DNA of 64,000 nucleotides from Candidatus Latescibacterota bacterium (GCA_965219995.1 CBDCOX010000002.1:5362269-5426268), one strand, 5' to 3'. Shown: positions 38,867-49,189, numbered from the stretch's first letter. Notes: generated from the letters alone by a model not told the origin. Made by a program: numbers and translations.

Positions 38867-41284
38867 ATGCAGAACCACACTTCCACCCTTGCGGTAGCCT
38901 TGCTGCTCGCCTTGCCCGGCGCCGAGGCGCTGGGACAGGAGGAGGCCGACAGCGCGGCGCCCATCGAGGAGGTCGTGGTCATCGGCTCCCGGTTCGCGAC
39001 GGCGCGGTCCACCTCGGACGCCGTCGCCCCCGTGGACGTGCTCTCCTCCGAAGACATCGGCCGCGTCGGCAACCACGCGGACCTGACGGACAGCCTGCGC
39101 GCCCTGGCGCCGTCCTACAACGCCCCGACGGCGTCGGGAGACGGCGACACGTTCGTACGCTCGACGTCGTTGCGGGGGCTCGCCCCCGACCAGACCCTGG
39201 TGATGATCAACGGCAAGCGGCGCCACCGCGCGGCCCGGATCGCCGAGTTCGTTCCCGCCGCCGGCAAGGGGGCCCACGGGCCCAACATCGGCCTGATCCC
39301 GGCGATCGCCGTGGAGCGGGTGGAGATCCTGCGGGACGGCGCGGTCGCCCAGTACGGCGCCGACGCCATCGCGGGCGTCATCAACCTGCGCATGAAGGAC
39401 GCCGCCGAGGGCGGCGAGGTGCGCGTCGACTACGGCCAGTTCTTCGAGGGCGAGGACAGCGTGCGGGTGGCCGCGAACGCCGGATTGCCCCTCGGTTACG
39501 ACGGGTTCGCGAACCTGAGCCTCGAGTACGTCGACAACGAAGGACTGTCCCGGGGACGGCAGCGGCCCAACGCCCAGGCGCTCATCGACGCCGGCGTGCG
39601 GGGGGTCGGGGCGGACGCGCCGTTCGACGACGCGCCGTTCGTCCAGACGTGGGGGCGCCCGGCGACCGAGGACTACCGTTTCTTCCTGAACGCGGGCGCG
39701 CCCCTGTCCGACACGGCGGACGCGTACTTCCACGCCAACTACGCCTCCACCGAGGGCCGGTATCGCTTCTTCTACCGGTCCGGCGACAACCCGGCGACGG
39801 AAGCCAACGAGGCGCACGGCACCATCCGGGCCCTGGGCATCGAGGACCGGCTGCCGCAGGGGTTCACCCCGTTCTTCGACGGCGACCACCGGGACTACAG
39901 CATCGTCACCGGAATCCGCGGCGACGCGGGCGGGCTCGGCTACGACTTCAGCGTCGGCCACGGCGAGGACACCCTCGACTTCTTCCTGAACAACACCGTC
40001 AACCCGGATGTCGGCCTGGGCCCCGACGGCCTGCCCGCGCAGATGGACTTCGACGTCGGCGCCCTGCGGCAGGAGGAACTGAACCTCAACGCGGACTTCA
40101 CGCGACGCCTCACCGACGCCCTGCAGTTCGCCTTCGGGGCGGAGTGGCGCAGGGAGACGTTCTCCGTGATCGCCGGGGAGTCCAACTCGCACCTCGGCGC
40201 CGGCTCCAGCGGCTTCAAGGGCCTCGAACCGATCAACGCCGGCACGTTCTCGCGCCACAACAGCGCGCTGTACGGCGAGTTCGAGCAGGAAGTCGGAACG
40301 CGCGCCCTCCTGCAGTACGCGCTTCGCTACGAGGATTTCTCGGACTTCGGCGACACCTGGAACGGCAAGCTCGCGGGCCGCGTGGACCTCTCCGACTGGT
40401 TCACGGTGCGCGCGTCGGTCAACACGGGCTTCCACGCCCCGACCCCGGGACAGTCCAACCTGCAGAAGATCACCACCACGTTCGACAACGACACCGGCCT
40501 GCAGGTCGAGTCCGGCACGGTGCCGCCGGACCATCCCTCCGCCCTCGCCGCCGGCGGAGCGCCTCTCGAGGAGGAGCAGTCGGTCGACTACAGCATCGGC
40601 TTCTGGGTCGCCGCCGGACCGCTGGAAATCACCGCGGACCTGTACGCCATCGACATCGACGGGCGCATCTACAAGACCCAGAACCTCCCCTTCCTCGACG
40701 CCGCGGGCGTCGCCCGGAACGTCCAGTTCTTCACCAACGCGCTGAATCTCGACGTGACGGGCGTCGACGTCGTGGCGACGATGCACTTCGACTGGGGGGA
40801 CTCGGGAGTGCGCACGGACCTGAGCTTCGCCTACAACCACAACGAGGTGGAGGTGGCCAGCCAGTCACGCGTGAACGGCATCCTCCCGGTCAGCGCCGCC
40901 GACGTGGAGGACATCGAGCGGAGCTATCCGGAAGACCGGTTCAGCGTTACCGCGAGCACGCTGCTGACCCCGCGCCTCGACCTCATGGTGCGCGCCAACT
41001 ACTACGGCGAGCACTACGACGAGCGGGGGCGGATCCGGGGAGTCGACGGCAACGCGCCGACCAAGCTGCTCGGCTCGACCGTCTTCGTCGACCTCGAACT
41101 CCGCTACGACGTCAACGACCACACGCGACTGGCGCTCGGCGGCACGAACGCGTTCGACGAGTATCCCGACGTGATCGGGGCGCCGTACGCGAACCGGCTG
41201 AACGTCGGCCTGCCCTACGCGCGGCGTACCGCGGCCAACTTCGAGGGCGGCTCCTGGTACCTGCGGGCGTCCTACCACTGGTGA
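38867..41284 (+). CDS. TonB-dependent receptor
   Basis: GGGAGG SD, signal, EEVVVIGSR, LRGLAPDQTLV..NGKRRH, EILRDGA.AQYGADAIAGVIN, terminal YLRASYHW. Confidence 0.95.
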   Translation: MQNHTSTLAVALLLALPGAEALGQEEADSAAPIEEVVVIGSRFATARSTSDAVAPVDVLSSEDIGRVGNHADLTDSLRALAPSYNAPTASGDGDTFVRSTSLRGLAPDQTLVMINGKRRHRAARIAEFVPAAGKGAHGPNIGLIPAIAVERVEILRDGAVAQYGADAIAGVINLRMKDAAEGGEVRVDYGQFFEGEDSVRVAANAGLPLGYDGFANLSLEYVDNEGLSRGRQRPNAQALIDAGVRGVGADAPFDDAPFVQTWGRPATEDYRFFLNAGAPLSDTADAYFHANYASTEGRYRFFYRSGDNPATEANEAHGTIRALGIEDRLPQGFTPFFDGDHRDYSIVTGIRGDAGGLGYDFSVGHGEDTLDFFLNNTVNPDVGLGPDGLPAQMDFDVGALRQEELNLNADFTRRLTDALQFAFGAEWRRETFSVIAGESNSHLGAGSSGFKGLEPINAGTFSRHNSALYGEFEQEVGTRALLQYALRYEDFSDFGDTWNGKLAGRVDLSDWFTVRASVNTGFHAPTPGQSNLQKITTTFDNDTGLQVESGTVPPDHPSALAAGGAPLEEEQSVDYSIGFWVAAGPLEITADLYAIDIDGRIYKTQNLPFLDAAGVARNVQFFTNALNLDVTGVDVVATMHFDWGDSGVRTDLSFAYNHNEVEVASQSRVNGILPVSAADVEDIERSYPEDRFSVTASTLLTPRLDLMVRANYYGEHYDERGRIRGVDGNAPTKLLGSTVFVDLELRYDVNDHTRLALGGTNAFDEYPDVIGAPYANRLNVGLPYARRTAANFEGGSWYLRASYHW

Positions 41285-41445
41285 CGGCCGGGCCGGCCGA
41301 CAAGCGCCACCGCCCGCGGGCGGCGGGGAAGTCGGTCGGAAAGGAGTCGGGACGCGGCGCGTGGCGCCGCGACGGTTCCCTTACCTGGAATGCCTGAAAG
41401 GCCTGGAAGACTCCAAGGCGGTGTGCCCGGAGCCTGGCAGGCGGC

Positions 41446-41706
41446 CTAGCGCCGCATGCGGTCGCCGCGTGGCCGCGCCTGGTTGACCGTGATCATGCGT
41501 CCCTGGAGCTGCGTCGAGTTCAACTCCTTGATCGCGCGGTCCGCTTCCCCGTTGTTCGGCATCTCGACGAAACCGAACCCCTTTGAACGCCCGGTCTCCC
41601 GGTCCATGATGACCGTGGCGTCCTGCACATGGCCGTATTCGCCAAACAGCTCCGACAGATCCTCGGAGGTGACGCCGTATGGCATGTTGCCGATGTAGAT
41701 TCTCAA
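41446..41706 (-). CDS. RRM (RNP-1) RNA-binding protein
   Basis: RNP2 IYIGNM, RNP1 KGFGFVEM, VNQARPR; TTG start with GGGAG SD. Confidence 0.93.
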   Translation of the reverse strand: MRIYIGNMPYGVTSEDLSELFGEYGHVQDATVIMDRETGRSKGFGFVEMPNNGEADRAIKELNSTQLQGRMITVNQARPRGDRMRR

Positions 41707-41727
41707 GTGCTTCGTCTCCCGTCCCAG

Positions 41728-41892
41728 TCCAACTCCGTCACCTCACCGAGGCCTCCGGGCATTGATCCATCGTACGCACGCACCCCAAGGCCTGCGAGGA
41801 CGCAGGCATTCGTTCCAGGGCAAGGATGCATCTATGGATCAGGAGCCCGAGGAGGCCAACGGCGGCTGGAGTCAATCCGTTGCATACTAGCA
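41728..41892 (-). promoter_or_regulatory. extended -10 promoter and structured 5' leader of RRM gene
   Basis: TGCTAGTAT at 41892-41884; nested complementary segments across 41728-41870. Confidence 0.45.
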
Positions 41893-41999
41893 GCGATGGT
41901 GTCGGGCGGCCAGCAATAGTTCATGACCATTTCCTGGCGGTCCGGCGCGCCCGGCGCCTGCACACGCGCCAGTGACCCGCCATCCGCCGCCACCCCTTC

Positions 42000-43310
42000 A
42001 TGAACGAGCCCGCTCCGGACGCCACTCCGCGGCGCGAATTCTCTCCGCGTTACCGCGCCTACGTCCTCTTCGTGCTGATGGGCGTGAACCTCTTCAACTT
42101 CGGGGACCGGGCGATCCTCGGCGTCCTCATCCAGCCCATCAAGGAGGAACTCGGGGCCAGCGACACCGAGATGGGCATCCTCACCGGCCTTGCGTTCGCC
42201 ATCTTCTACGCGATCTGCGGATTCCCGATCGCGCGCCTGGCGGACCGGGGCCTGCGGGTGCGCGTCATCGCCTGGGCGATGGCGATCTGGAGCCTCATGA
42301 CCGCGGTGTCGGGCCTGGCGGGGGCCTACTGGCACCTGCTCCTCGCCCGCATCGGCGTCGGCATCGGGGAAGCGGGGGGCAGCCCCCCGTCCCAGGCGCT
42401 GCTGGCCGACTACTTCCCCATCGAACAGCGTGCGCGGGCCATCGCCGTGTTCGTCGCCGGCGCGCACATCGGCATCTTCCTCGGCACGCTGCTCGCGGGC
42501 TACATCGGCCACGAGTACGGGTGGCGCACCGCCTTCATCGTGCTCGGGCTGCCGGGGGTGGCCTTCGCCCTGCTGGTGCGGTACACCGTCGTGGAAGCCC
42601 CGCCGCGCGGGCGCGTGGAGAGCGCGGCGTCCCCCCTGCGCAGCGGGTCCCTGTGGCAGGCCACCCGGCACTTGTTCGAAGGATGCGCGTTCCGCCACCT
42701 CATGATCGCGGTGGGCATCCTGTGGTTCAGCAACGTGGGGGCGGGCCAGTGGCACGCTCCGTTCCTGCAGCGGTCCCACGACCTCTCCCTGAAGGAGGTC
42801 GGCTTGCTGCTGAGCCTCCTCAGCATCCCGAACCTGATCGCCGTCATGGTCGGCGGCGTCATCGCCGACCGGCTGTCGAGGCGCAACGCCGCGTGGCAGG
42901 TGTACGTGCCCCTGCTCGGCACGCTGATCTCCATTCCCTTCCTGTTGGGCTTCTACCTGGCGCCGACCTGGCAACTCGCCTTCGCCTCGGCGGTGCTCGC
43001 GATGCTCGCCGCGGGCGTCTTCGCGGGCGTGCTGTTGGCGGCGGTCCAGGGCCTCGTCGGACCCCACGCGCGGGCACTCGCCGGCGCGATCCTGATGTTC
43101 TCCTCCAACCTGATCGGCGTGGGGCTCGGGCCGTTCGCCGTCGGCGCGCTGTCGGACCTCTTGGCCCCAGCGTTCGGGGACGAGTCCCTCCGCTGGGCGC
43201 TGGTGCTAATGAAAGCGCTGCCGCTGCTGGCCGTCTGGCACATGTGGCTGGCGGCGCGCGTGTTTACCGAGGAGCTGCGGGAGGCGCCCCCCACCGCGGC
43301 GCAACCGTGA
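42000..43310 (+). CDS. MFS transporter (spinster-like), paralogue of 17581-18873
   Basis: NFGDR..QPIKEELG.SDTEMGILTG, ARLAD, ARIGVGIGEAG. Confidence 0.9.
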   Translation: MNEPAPDATPRREFSPRYRAYVLFVLMGVNLFNFGDRAILGVLIQPIKEELGASDTEMGILTGLAFAIFYAICGFPIARLADRGLRVRVIAWAMAIWSLMTAVSGLAGAYWHLLLARIGVGIGEAGGSPPSQALLADYFPIEQRARAIAVFVAGAHIGIFLGTLLAGYIGHEYGWRTAFIVLGLPGVAFALLVRYTVVEAPPRGRVESAASPLRSGSLWQATRHLFEGCAFRHLMIAVGILWFSNVGAGQWHAPFLQRSHDLSLKEVGLLLSLLSIPNLIAVMVGGVIADRLSRRNAAWQVYVPLLGTLISIPFLLGFYLAPTWQLAFASAVLAMLAAGVFAGVLLAAVQGLVGPHARALAGAILMFSSNLIGVGLGPFAVGALSDLLAPAFGDESLRWALVLMKALPLLAVWHMWLAARVFTEELREAPPTAAQP

Positions 43311-44098
43311 TCCCGCGCGCGGGCATCCTGGCCGTGTCGCTGTCGCTAGTGGCGGCGCCGGCGGCCGCCGCGGAAGCCCTGATCGCCGTGGCCGCCAACT
43401 TCGCCGGCGCGATGGCCGAGCTCCAAGCCGCTTTCGAGCGCGCCGGTCCGCACCGCGTGCGGGTGTCCACCGGAGCGACCGGCACGCTCTACGCCCAGGC
43501 GACCCACGGCGCCCCCTACGACATCCTGATGGCGGCCGACCGCGCCCGCCCGGAACGACTCGAGGCGGTCGGCATCGCCGTCCCCGGTTCGCGACGCACG
43601 TACGCCGTCGGGCGTCTCGTGCTCTGGAGCGCCGAGCCGGACCGCATCGCAGGGGACGGAGTCGATACCCTTCGCGCGGGAGACTTCCTCAGACTCGCCA
43701 TCGCCAACCCCGAACTCGCCCCGTACGGCGCCGCGGCGCGGGAAGCGCTGCGCGCGCTGGGACTCTTCGATGCGCTCCGGGACCACATCGTCATGGGCGA
43801 GAACATCGGCCAGGCGCATGCCCTCGTCGCCACCGGGAACGCCGAACTCGGCTTCGTGGCGCTCTCCCAGCTCACCAGGGCCGAAGCCGCGATGACCGGC
43901 AGCCAGTGGCCGGTCCCCGAGACGCTGCATGCGCCCATACGACAGGACCTGGTGCTGCTGCGGCGCGGCGCCGGCAACGCCGCCGCGCGCGCGTTCCTCG
44001 AGTTCCTGGACACGCCGGCCGCACGCCGCATCCTGGTTGCCGCCGGCTACCGGGCGCCTCCGGCTCCGGCGCCGCCGCACGGCGTGGAGGCGGGCTGA
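43307..44098 (+). CDS. modA: molybdate ABC transporter substrate-binding protein
   Basis: GTGA overlap; AVAANF, GATGTLYAQ..GAPYD, AIANP..APYG.AA, GENIGQ. Confidence 0.93.
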   Translation: MIPRAGILAVSLSLVAAPAAAAEALIAVAANFAGAMAELQAAFERAGPHRVRVSTGATGTLYAQATHGAPYDILMAADRARPERLEAVGIAVPGSRRTYAVGRLVLWSAEPDRIAGDGVDTLRAGDFLRLAIANPELAPYGAAAREALRALGLFDALRDHIVMGENIGQAHALVATGNAELGFVALSQLTRAEAAMTGSQWPVPETLHAPIRQDLVLLRRGAGNAAARAFLEFLDTPAARRILVAAGYRAPPAPAPPHGVEAG

Positions 44099-44766
44099 TG
44101 GACGCGGGCGCCGTGGGGCTGACCCTGCACCTGGCAGCCGTCACCACCCTGGTCCTGCTGTTCCTCGGAACCCCGCTGGCGTGGTGGCTCGCGACGACGC
44201 GCAGCGTGCTTCGGCCGGCCGTGGAAGCCCTGACCGCCCTGCCGCTGGTCCTGCCGCCCACGGTGCTCGGGTTCTACCTCCTGATCCTGCTCAATCCCAC
44301 GGCGCCGATCGGCGCCTTCTGGGTCGAAGCGACCGGTACCACGCTGACGTTCTCGTTCGCGGGGCTCGTGGTGGGTTCGGTGATCTACTCGCTGCCGTTC
44401 ATGGTGCAGCCGCTCCACGGGGCGTTCGCCGCGGTCGGGCGTGGCCCCCTCGAGGCCGCCGCGAGTCTCCGCGCGCGCCCCCTGGACGCCTTCTTCACCG
44501 TGGCCGTCCCGCTCTCCGTGCGCGGCTTCGTCACCGCCTGCGTGCTGACGTTCGCGCACACGGTGGGCGAGTTCGGCGTCGTGCTGATGATCGGCGGCAA
44601 CATCCCCGGAGAGACCCGCGTGGTCTCGATCGCCATCTACGAACACGTGGAGACCCTGCGCTACGCCGACGCCCACGTACTCTCCGCGGCGCTGCTCGGC
44701 TTCTCCTTCCTCGTCCTGCTCGCCGTCTACGGCATGAACCGGCGGTTCCCCGTCCGTGCCTTCTGA
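44098..44766 (+). CDS. modB: molybdate ABC transporter permease
   Basis: LPLVLPPTVLGFYLL, SLPFMVQP, FAHTVGEFG..GGNIPG. Confidence 0.95.
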   Translation: MDAGAVGLTLHLAAVTTLVLLFLGTPLAWWLATTRSVLRPAVEALTALPLVLPPTVLGFYLLILLNPTAPIGAFWVEATGTTLTFSFAGLVVGSVIYSLPFMVQPLHGAFAAVGRGPLEAAASLRARPLDAFFTVAVPLSVRGFVTACVLTFAHTVGEFGVVLMIGGNIPGETRVVSIAIYEHVETLRYADAHVLSAALLGFSFLVLLAVYGMNRRFPVRAF

Positions 44767-45841
44767 CCTCGACATCGACCTGTCAGTCGCCCTCGGCGAC
44801 TTCCGGCTCGACGTGGCCGAGCGTCTCCCGTTCGCCGGCATCACCGGCGTGTTCGGGCCGAGCGCGAGCGGCAAGAGCACGCTGCTGCGCGCGCTCGCGG
44901 GGTTCGAGCCCGCCCGCGGCCGCATCGTCGTGGCCGGGGAGACCTGGCTCGACACCGCGCGCGGGATCGCGGTCCCGCCCCATCGCCGCCGGGTCGGCTT
45001 CCTGTTCCAGGACGCGCGCCTGTTCGCCCACCTCGACGTGGCCGGCAACCTCGCCTACGCGGCGCGGCGCGGCGGCGACGCCGACCCGGCCATCTCCGTA
45101 GACGACGTGGTCGGGGCCTTCGACCTCGAACCCCTGCTCCCGCGGCGCGTCGAAGCCCTCTCGGGTGGGGAACGCCAGCGCGTCGCCCTGGCGCGCACGC
45201 TGCTGACGCGGCCGGCGCTGCTGCTCCTCGACGAACCCCTGGCGGCGCTCGATCTCTTCCGCAAGTCCGAGATCCTGCCGTACCTCGAGTCCCTGTCATC
45301 GCGGTTCCACGTCCCGACGCTCTATGTCAGCCACGCCATCGACGAGGTCGCGCGGCTCGCCGACCGCACGCTCGTGCTCACGGAGGGCCGCGTGCGGGCA
45401 TTCGGACCGACTCCGGCGGTGCTGGAGCGGCTCGACGTCCAGTCCATCGCCGGACCGCTGGAGGCGAGCGTGGTAATCGAGGCGCGCGTCACGGGGCACG
45501 ACACGGCCTATCGGCTGACCCTACTCGACGTCGGGGGGGAGACCCTGTCGCTGCCGGAGGCTTCGCACCTCGATACGGGCGCCACCGCCCGCCTGCGGGT
45601 CCGCGCACGGGACGTGGCGGTCGCCACGGCACGGCCGGGCGCCCTCAGCATCCGCAACGTTCTCGAAGGCACCGTCGTGGAACTCGTCGCCCATCCCGAT
45701 TCGCCGTTCGCCGAGGTGCTCGTCGACGTGGCGGGACAGCACCTGCGGGCGCGCATCACCCGCGCGGCGGCGGACGAACTGGCGCTCGAAGAAGGCCAGC
45801 GGGTCTACGCGCTCGTCAAGAGCGTGAGCCTCGACGGGTGA
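44756..45841 (+). CDS. modC: molybdate ABC transporter ATP-binding protein
   Basis: GPSASGKS, FQDARLF, LSGGERQR, LLLDEP, TOBE domain SIRN..ARIT..ALVKSV. Confidence 0.95.
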   Translation: MPSDLDIDLSVALGDFRLDVAERLPFAGITGVFGPSASGKSTLLRALAGFEPARGRIVVAGETWLDTARGIAVPPHRRRVGFLFQDARLFAHLDVAGNLAYAARRGGDADPAISVDDVVGAFDLEPLLPRRVEALSGGERQRVALARTLLTRPALLLLDEPLAALDLFRKSEILPYLESLSSRFHVPTLYVSHAIDEVARLADRTLVLTEGRVRAFGPTPAVLERLDVQSIAGPLEASVVIEARVTGHDTAYRLTLLDVGGETLSLPEASHLDTGATARLRVRARDVAVATARPGALSIRNVLEGTVVELVAHPDSPFAEVLVDVAGQHLRARITRAAADELALEEGQRVYALVKSVSLDG

Positions 45842-45887
45842 AACCGTAGAATCCAACCCGTTACCACCGCCGGTCGACGGAGGGCCC

Positions 45888-46313
45888 ATGGCCATCAAGA
45901 GCATCTTCGCCGCCGTGGAGGCGGTAAAGCAGGACATCGAGAACCTCTCCGTCGAGGAGCTCAAGGCCGAACTCGCGGCCGGTGAAGATGTGCTCCTGCT
46001 GGACATTCGCGAGATCCAGGAGCAGGTCGACCTCGGCACGATCCCGGGCGCGCGGCATGCGCCCCGCGGCATGCTCGAGTTCTGGGCGGATCCGGGGAGT
46101 CCCTACTACCGGGACTGGTTCGAAGAGGGCCGCCGCACCGTGCTGTTCTGCGCCGCCGGCGGTCGCTCCGCCCTCGCCGTACAGGCGCTCGCCGACATGG
46201 GGTTCAGCAACGTGGCCCATCTCGAAGCGGGCTTCGGCGGCTGGCGCGACGCCGGCCAGGAAGTCGAGGACGTCAGCGCCACGAGCCGCTGGGTGCGGCG
46301 CGACAAAGCGTAG
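45888..46313 (+). CDS. rhodanese-like domain protein
   Basis: LLDIRE, IPGA..PRGMLEFWAD, FCAAGGRS. Confidence 0.9.
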   Translation: MAIKSIFAAVEAVKQDIENLSVEELKAELAAGEDVLLLDIREIQEQVDLGTIPGARHAPRGMLEFWADPGSPYYRDWFEEGRRTVLFCAAGGRSALAVQALADMGFSNVAHLEAGFGGWRDAGQEVEDVSATSRWVRRDKA

Positions 46314-46476
46314 TCTACCGTCGCAAAACTTCGCCATCGTTCAGAGACGGCGTTGAGGACCCTGCTGCACCCTGGTTCTTGGCAAGACGACCTCGCCAGA
46401 CGGGCGCCACACATAGCGCTCGGGGTGGGGGCGCCCGCCACACGTTCCCCGTGGTGAACATGCTACAGTTTCCCCT

Positions 46477-46841
46477 GTGGCCGGCCCGCAGACAAAAGCC
46501 AAGGGGCAGAAATGGTCGCAGGTGCTGGATGCTGTCGACATCCCCCTCGGGTTCTACGCGTTGGCGTTGCTTGTCGGCGAGAGCAGCATCGGACTCCTTG
46601 CCGGTCTCGGGCTGCCAGAGGACGACGCTTCGACGCCTTGCTAATCATGGCCGGGCTCTTTGTGCTCGTCGTCGTGATCGTCGGTCTGACTACGTTCTAC
46701 CGGCCTCGGAACCTGCAGGCTCAGATCCAGGAGTTGGAGGAGATCATCACCAGCAAGGGGTTTACCGATGCAATTGAAGAGATCGTCGAAGACAAGCTCG
46801 GGAAAGAAGAGGCCTCGAGCAGCAATGGACCAAGTGCCTGA
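46477..46841 (+). pseudogene. 2-TM membrane protein, frameshifted near 46620
   Basis: ..VDIPLGFYALALLVGESSIGLLAG joins RRFDALLIMAGLFVLVVVIVG..RPRNL by adding one G. Confidence 0.55.
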
Positions 46842-47094
46842 CGACCCCTTGGGTGCGAAGGTCAACGCGGCCTTTCGCGGGAATCAAGGGAACTGGCGCA
46901 CCGTCGGCGGCATCGCGCGCGAAGCGAAGTTGCCCAGGGAGCGGGTCCAGCGATACCTCAAGAAGAACCCGCAGCGCTACGTCACTGCACGAATCTCCCT
47001 TGGGGGCAAGCAGCTCTACGGCATCCGCACCGAGTCAGCGAAGGTCTCGTCGGAAGATTCGCCCGTGTCGCCGAGGGAAGCGGCAGCGAGCTGA
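46825..47094 (+). CDS. small putative winged-HTH protein
   Basis: WRTVGGIAREAKLPRERVQRYL followed by hairpin GKQLYG; overlaps upstream stop. Confidence 0.55.
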   Translation: MDQVPDDPLGAKVNAAFRGNQGNWRTVGGIAREAKLPRERVQRYLKKNPQRYVTARISLGGKQLYGIRTESAKVSSEDSPVSPREAAAS

Positions 47095-47178
47095 GTCGCC
47101 GCCCCGCTGGCACACGTGATCCTGGCAACGATAACCTCGCCGGACTGGCACCGTACGTAACGCGCGGAAGGAAACACC

Positions 47179-48840
47179 ATGACCCACGATCTAGTCATTC
47201 GCGGCGGAACCATCGTCGACGGAACCGGCGCGCCGCCGTTCGAGGCGGATGTCGCGGTGGACGGTGACCGCATCGTGCAGGTCGGCGACGTCTCGAAGTC
47301 CGGCAAGGAGGAGATCTCCGCCCGCGGCCTCGCGGTCTCGCCCGGTTTCATCGACCTGCACACGCATCTCGACGCCCAAATCGGCTGGGACCCGCAGGTC
47401 ACTTCCGTCTCCTGGCACGGCGTCACCACCGCGCTGCTCGGCAACTGCGGCGTTACCTTCGCACCCTGCAAGGCGACCGACCGGGAGTTCCTCGCCGGCA
47501 TGATGGAGACCGTCGAGGACATTCCGAAAAACGCGATCCTCCACGGCCTCCCCTGGAACTGGGAGTCCTACGGGGGCTACCTCGATGCACTCGAGGAACT
47601 CGGTCCGTCCATCAACATCGCCGGCCTCGTCGGCCACTGCGCGATCCGCTTCTACGTCATGGGCGAGCGTGCCGTGGAGGAACCCGCCACCGAGGACGAG
47701 ATTCGCCAGATCGCCGAGCTGGCGGGGCAGTCCGTCGCCGAAGGCGCGGTCGGCTTCTCCACGAACCGCCTGCCCCAGCACGTGCTGCCCGACGGGCGTT
47801 CGATCCCCGGCACGTTCGCGGAACGCGATGAGTTGCGGGCGGTCGCTCGCGCCGTGGGCGCACACGGCGGCCTCATGCAGACGGTCTCCGACTTCCGCGA
47901 TTTCGACGCGGAACTGGACCTGATCGCGGACGAAGCGCGCATGGCGCGCGGCGCCCTGTTCAGCTCGGCCGTCGAGATCGGCCACGAGCGCCTGAACGAG
48001 CGCGTCATGCAGATGCGGGCCGAGGGACTCAACGTCACGTCGGTGACCGTGCCGCGCAGCGGCGGCGGCGTCGGGGGCCTGTCGACGGACCGGTTCTTCC
48101 CGGCCCGGATACCGGTCCAGGCCTGGCAGGCGCTGCGCGATCTCGACCCGGATGCGCGGCTGGCCGCCATCCGCGACCCGGACACGCGCCGGCGCATCGT
48201 CGACGAGGTGAAGGGGCTCGGCGACGCGCCCGAACAGGCGCGGCGCTGGTTCTACCTCGGGGACGGAGCGCGCCCGCACTACACGCGGGGGCTGAACGAG
48301 AGCCTGCATCACCTCGCCCAGGCCGCCGGCGAACATCCGGTGGAGACGTTCCTGCGCATCACCGACGAGACCGACGGCCGGGCGCTATTCCACATGCGCG
48401 GCTTCAACGTCGACCTTGAAGCCCTCGAGCAGCTCATCACGACCGAGTGGGCCATGCCCGGGCTCGGCGACGCGGGCGCCCACGTCAGCCAGATGATCGA
48501 CTCAGGCTGGTCCACGTTCATCCTCTCGCACTGGCACCGGGACACCGGCGTCTACTCGCTGCAGGAGGCCGTCCGCCGCATGACTTCCGTGCCGGCCGGC
48601 GTGCTGGGGGTCAACGACCGCGGCGTGCTCGCCGTGGGCAAGCGGGCGGACGTCAACGTGTTCGACGTCGACGCCGTCGAGGAACGGATGCCGACGCTCG
48701 TACACGACTTCCCGTTCGGCGCGCCGCGCTTCATCCAGCGCGCCGCCGGGTATCACGCCACCGTCTGCAACGGCGCGGTCGTGCTGCGCGACGATGAGTT
48801 GACCGGGGAGCGTGCGGGCCGGGTGTTGCGCAGCGGGTAG
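47179..48840 (+). CDS. N-acyl-D-amino-acid deacylase family amidohydrolase
   Basis: DLVIRGGTIVDGTG, PGFIDLHTH.D, GNCG, DAGAH, RADVNVFD. Confidence 0.9.
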   Translation: MTHDLVIRGGTIVDGTGAPPFEADVAVDGDRIVQVGDVSKSGKEEISARGLAVSPGFIDLHTHLDAQIGWDPQVTSVSWHGVTTALLGNCGVTFAPCKATDREFLAGMMETVEDIPKNAILHGLPWNWESYGGYLDALEELGPSINIAGLVGHCAIRFYVMGERAVEEPATEDEIRQIAELAGQSVAEGAVGFSTNRLPQHVLPDGRSIPGTFAERDELRAVARAVGAHGGLMQTVSDFRDFDAELDLIADEARMARGALFSSAVEIGHERLNERVMQMRAEGLNVTSVTVPRSGGGVGGLSTDRFFPARIPVQAWQALRDLDPDARLAAIRDPDTRRRIVDEVKGLGDAPEQARRWFYLGDGARPHYTRGLNESLHHLAQAAGEHPVETFLRITDETDGRALFHMRGFNVDLEALEQLITTEWAMPGLGDAGAHVSQMIDSGWSTFILSHWHRDTGVYSLQEAVRRMTSVPAGVLGVNDRGVLAVGKRADVNVFDVDAVEERMPTLVHDFPFGAPRFIQRAAGYHATVCNGAVVLRDDELTGERAGRVLRSG

Positions 48841-48856
48841 AACGACCTGTAAGCCA

Positions 48857-49144
48857 GTGGTCGACACGCTGCGGCTTTCGGACACGCTGCAGAAAACAGG
48901 GATGGAACGGGAACAGGCAAAAGGCTTTGCCCGGGCCCTGGACAAGGAGTTCGGCGAGCATGTCGCTATGCGGAGCGACCTCGATGCCGGCTTCCAGGCC
49001 GTACGCTCGGAAATGGCGCTGATGCGCTCCGAACTGGAACGCCGGATCGAGAGCCTACGCTCCGACCTCAAGGCGCTCAACGCCAAGGTCTCCGTATCAG
49101 GGCCGGCGGCCACGCTCGCCCCCGTAACTCCCACGGCGCCCTGA
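48857..49144 (+). pseudogene. DUF1640/CCDC90-like coiled-coil protein remnant
   Basis: DTL.....L..TGM..EQA....A..VA.RSDL plus heptads; C-terminal TM helix missing. Confidence 0.5.
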
Positions 49145-49189
49145 ACTGCGGCGCGACGCCCTCGGCCGGTCGGCGCGCACACCCAACGC

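Noticed and set aside
41972-43306. 708-aa ModA with long N-terminus
   Set aside because: Extension overlaps the MFS gene; real start is GTG 43307
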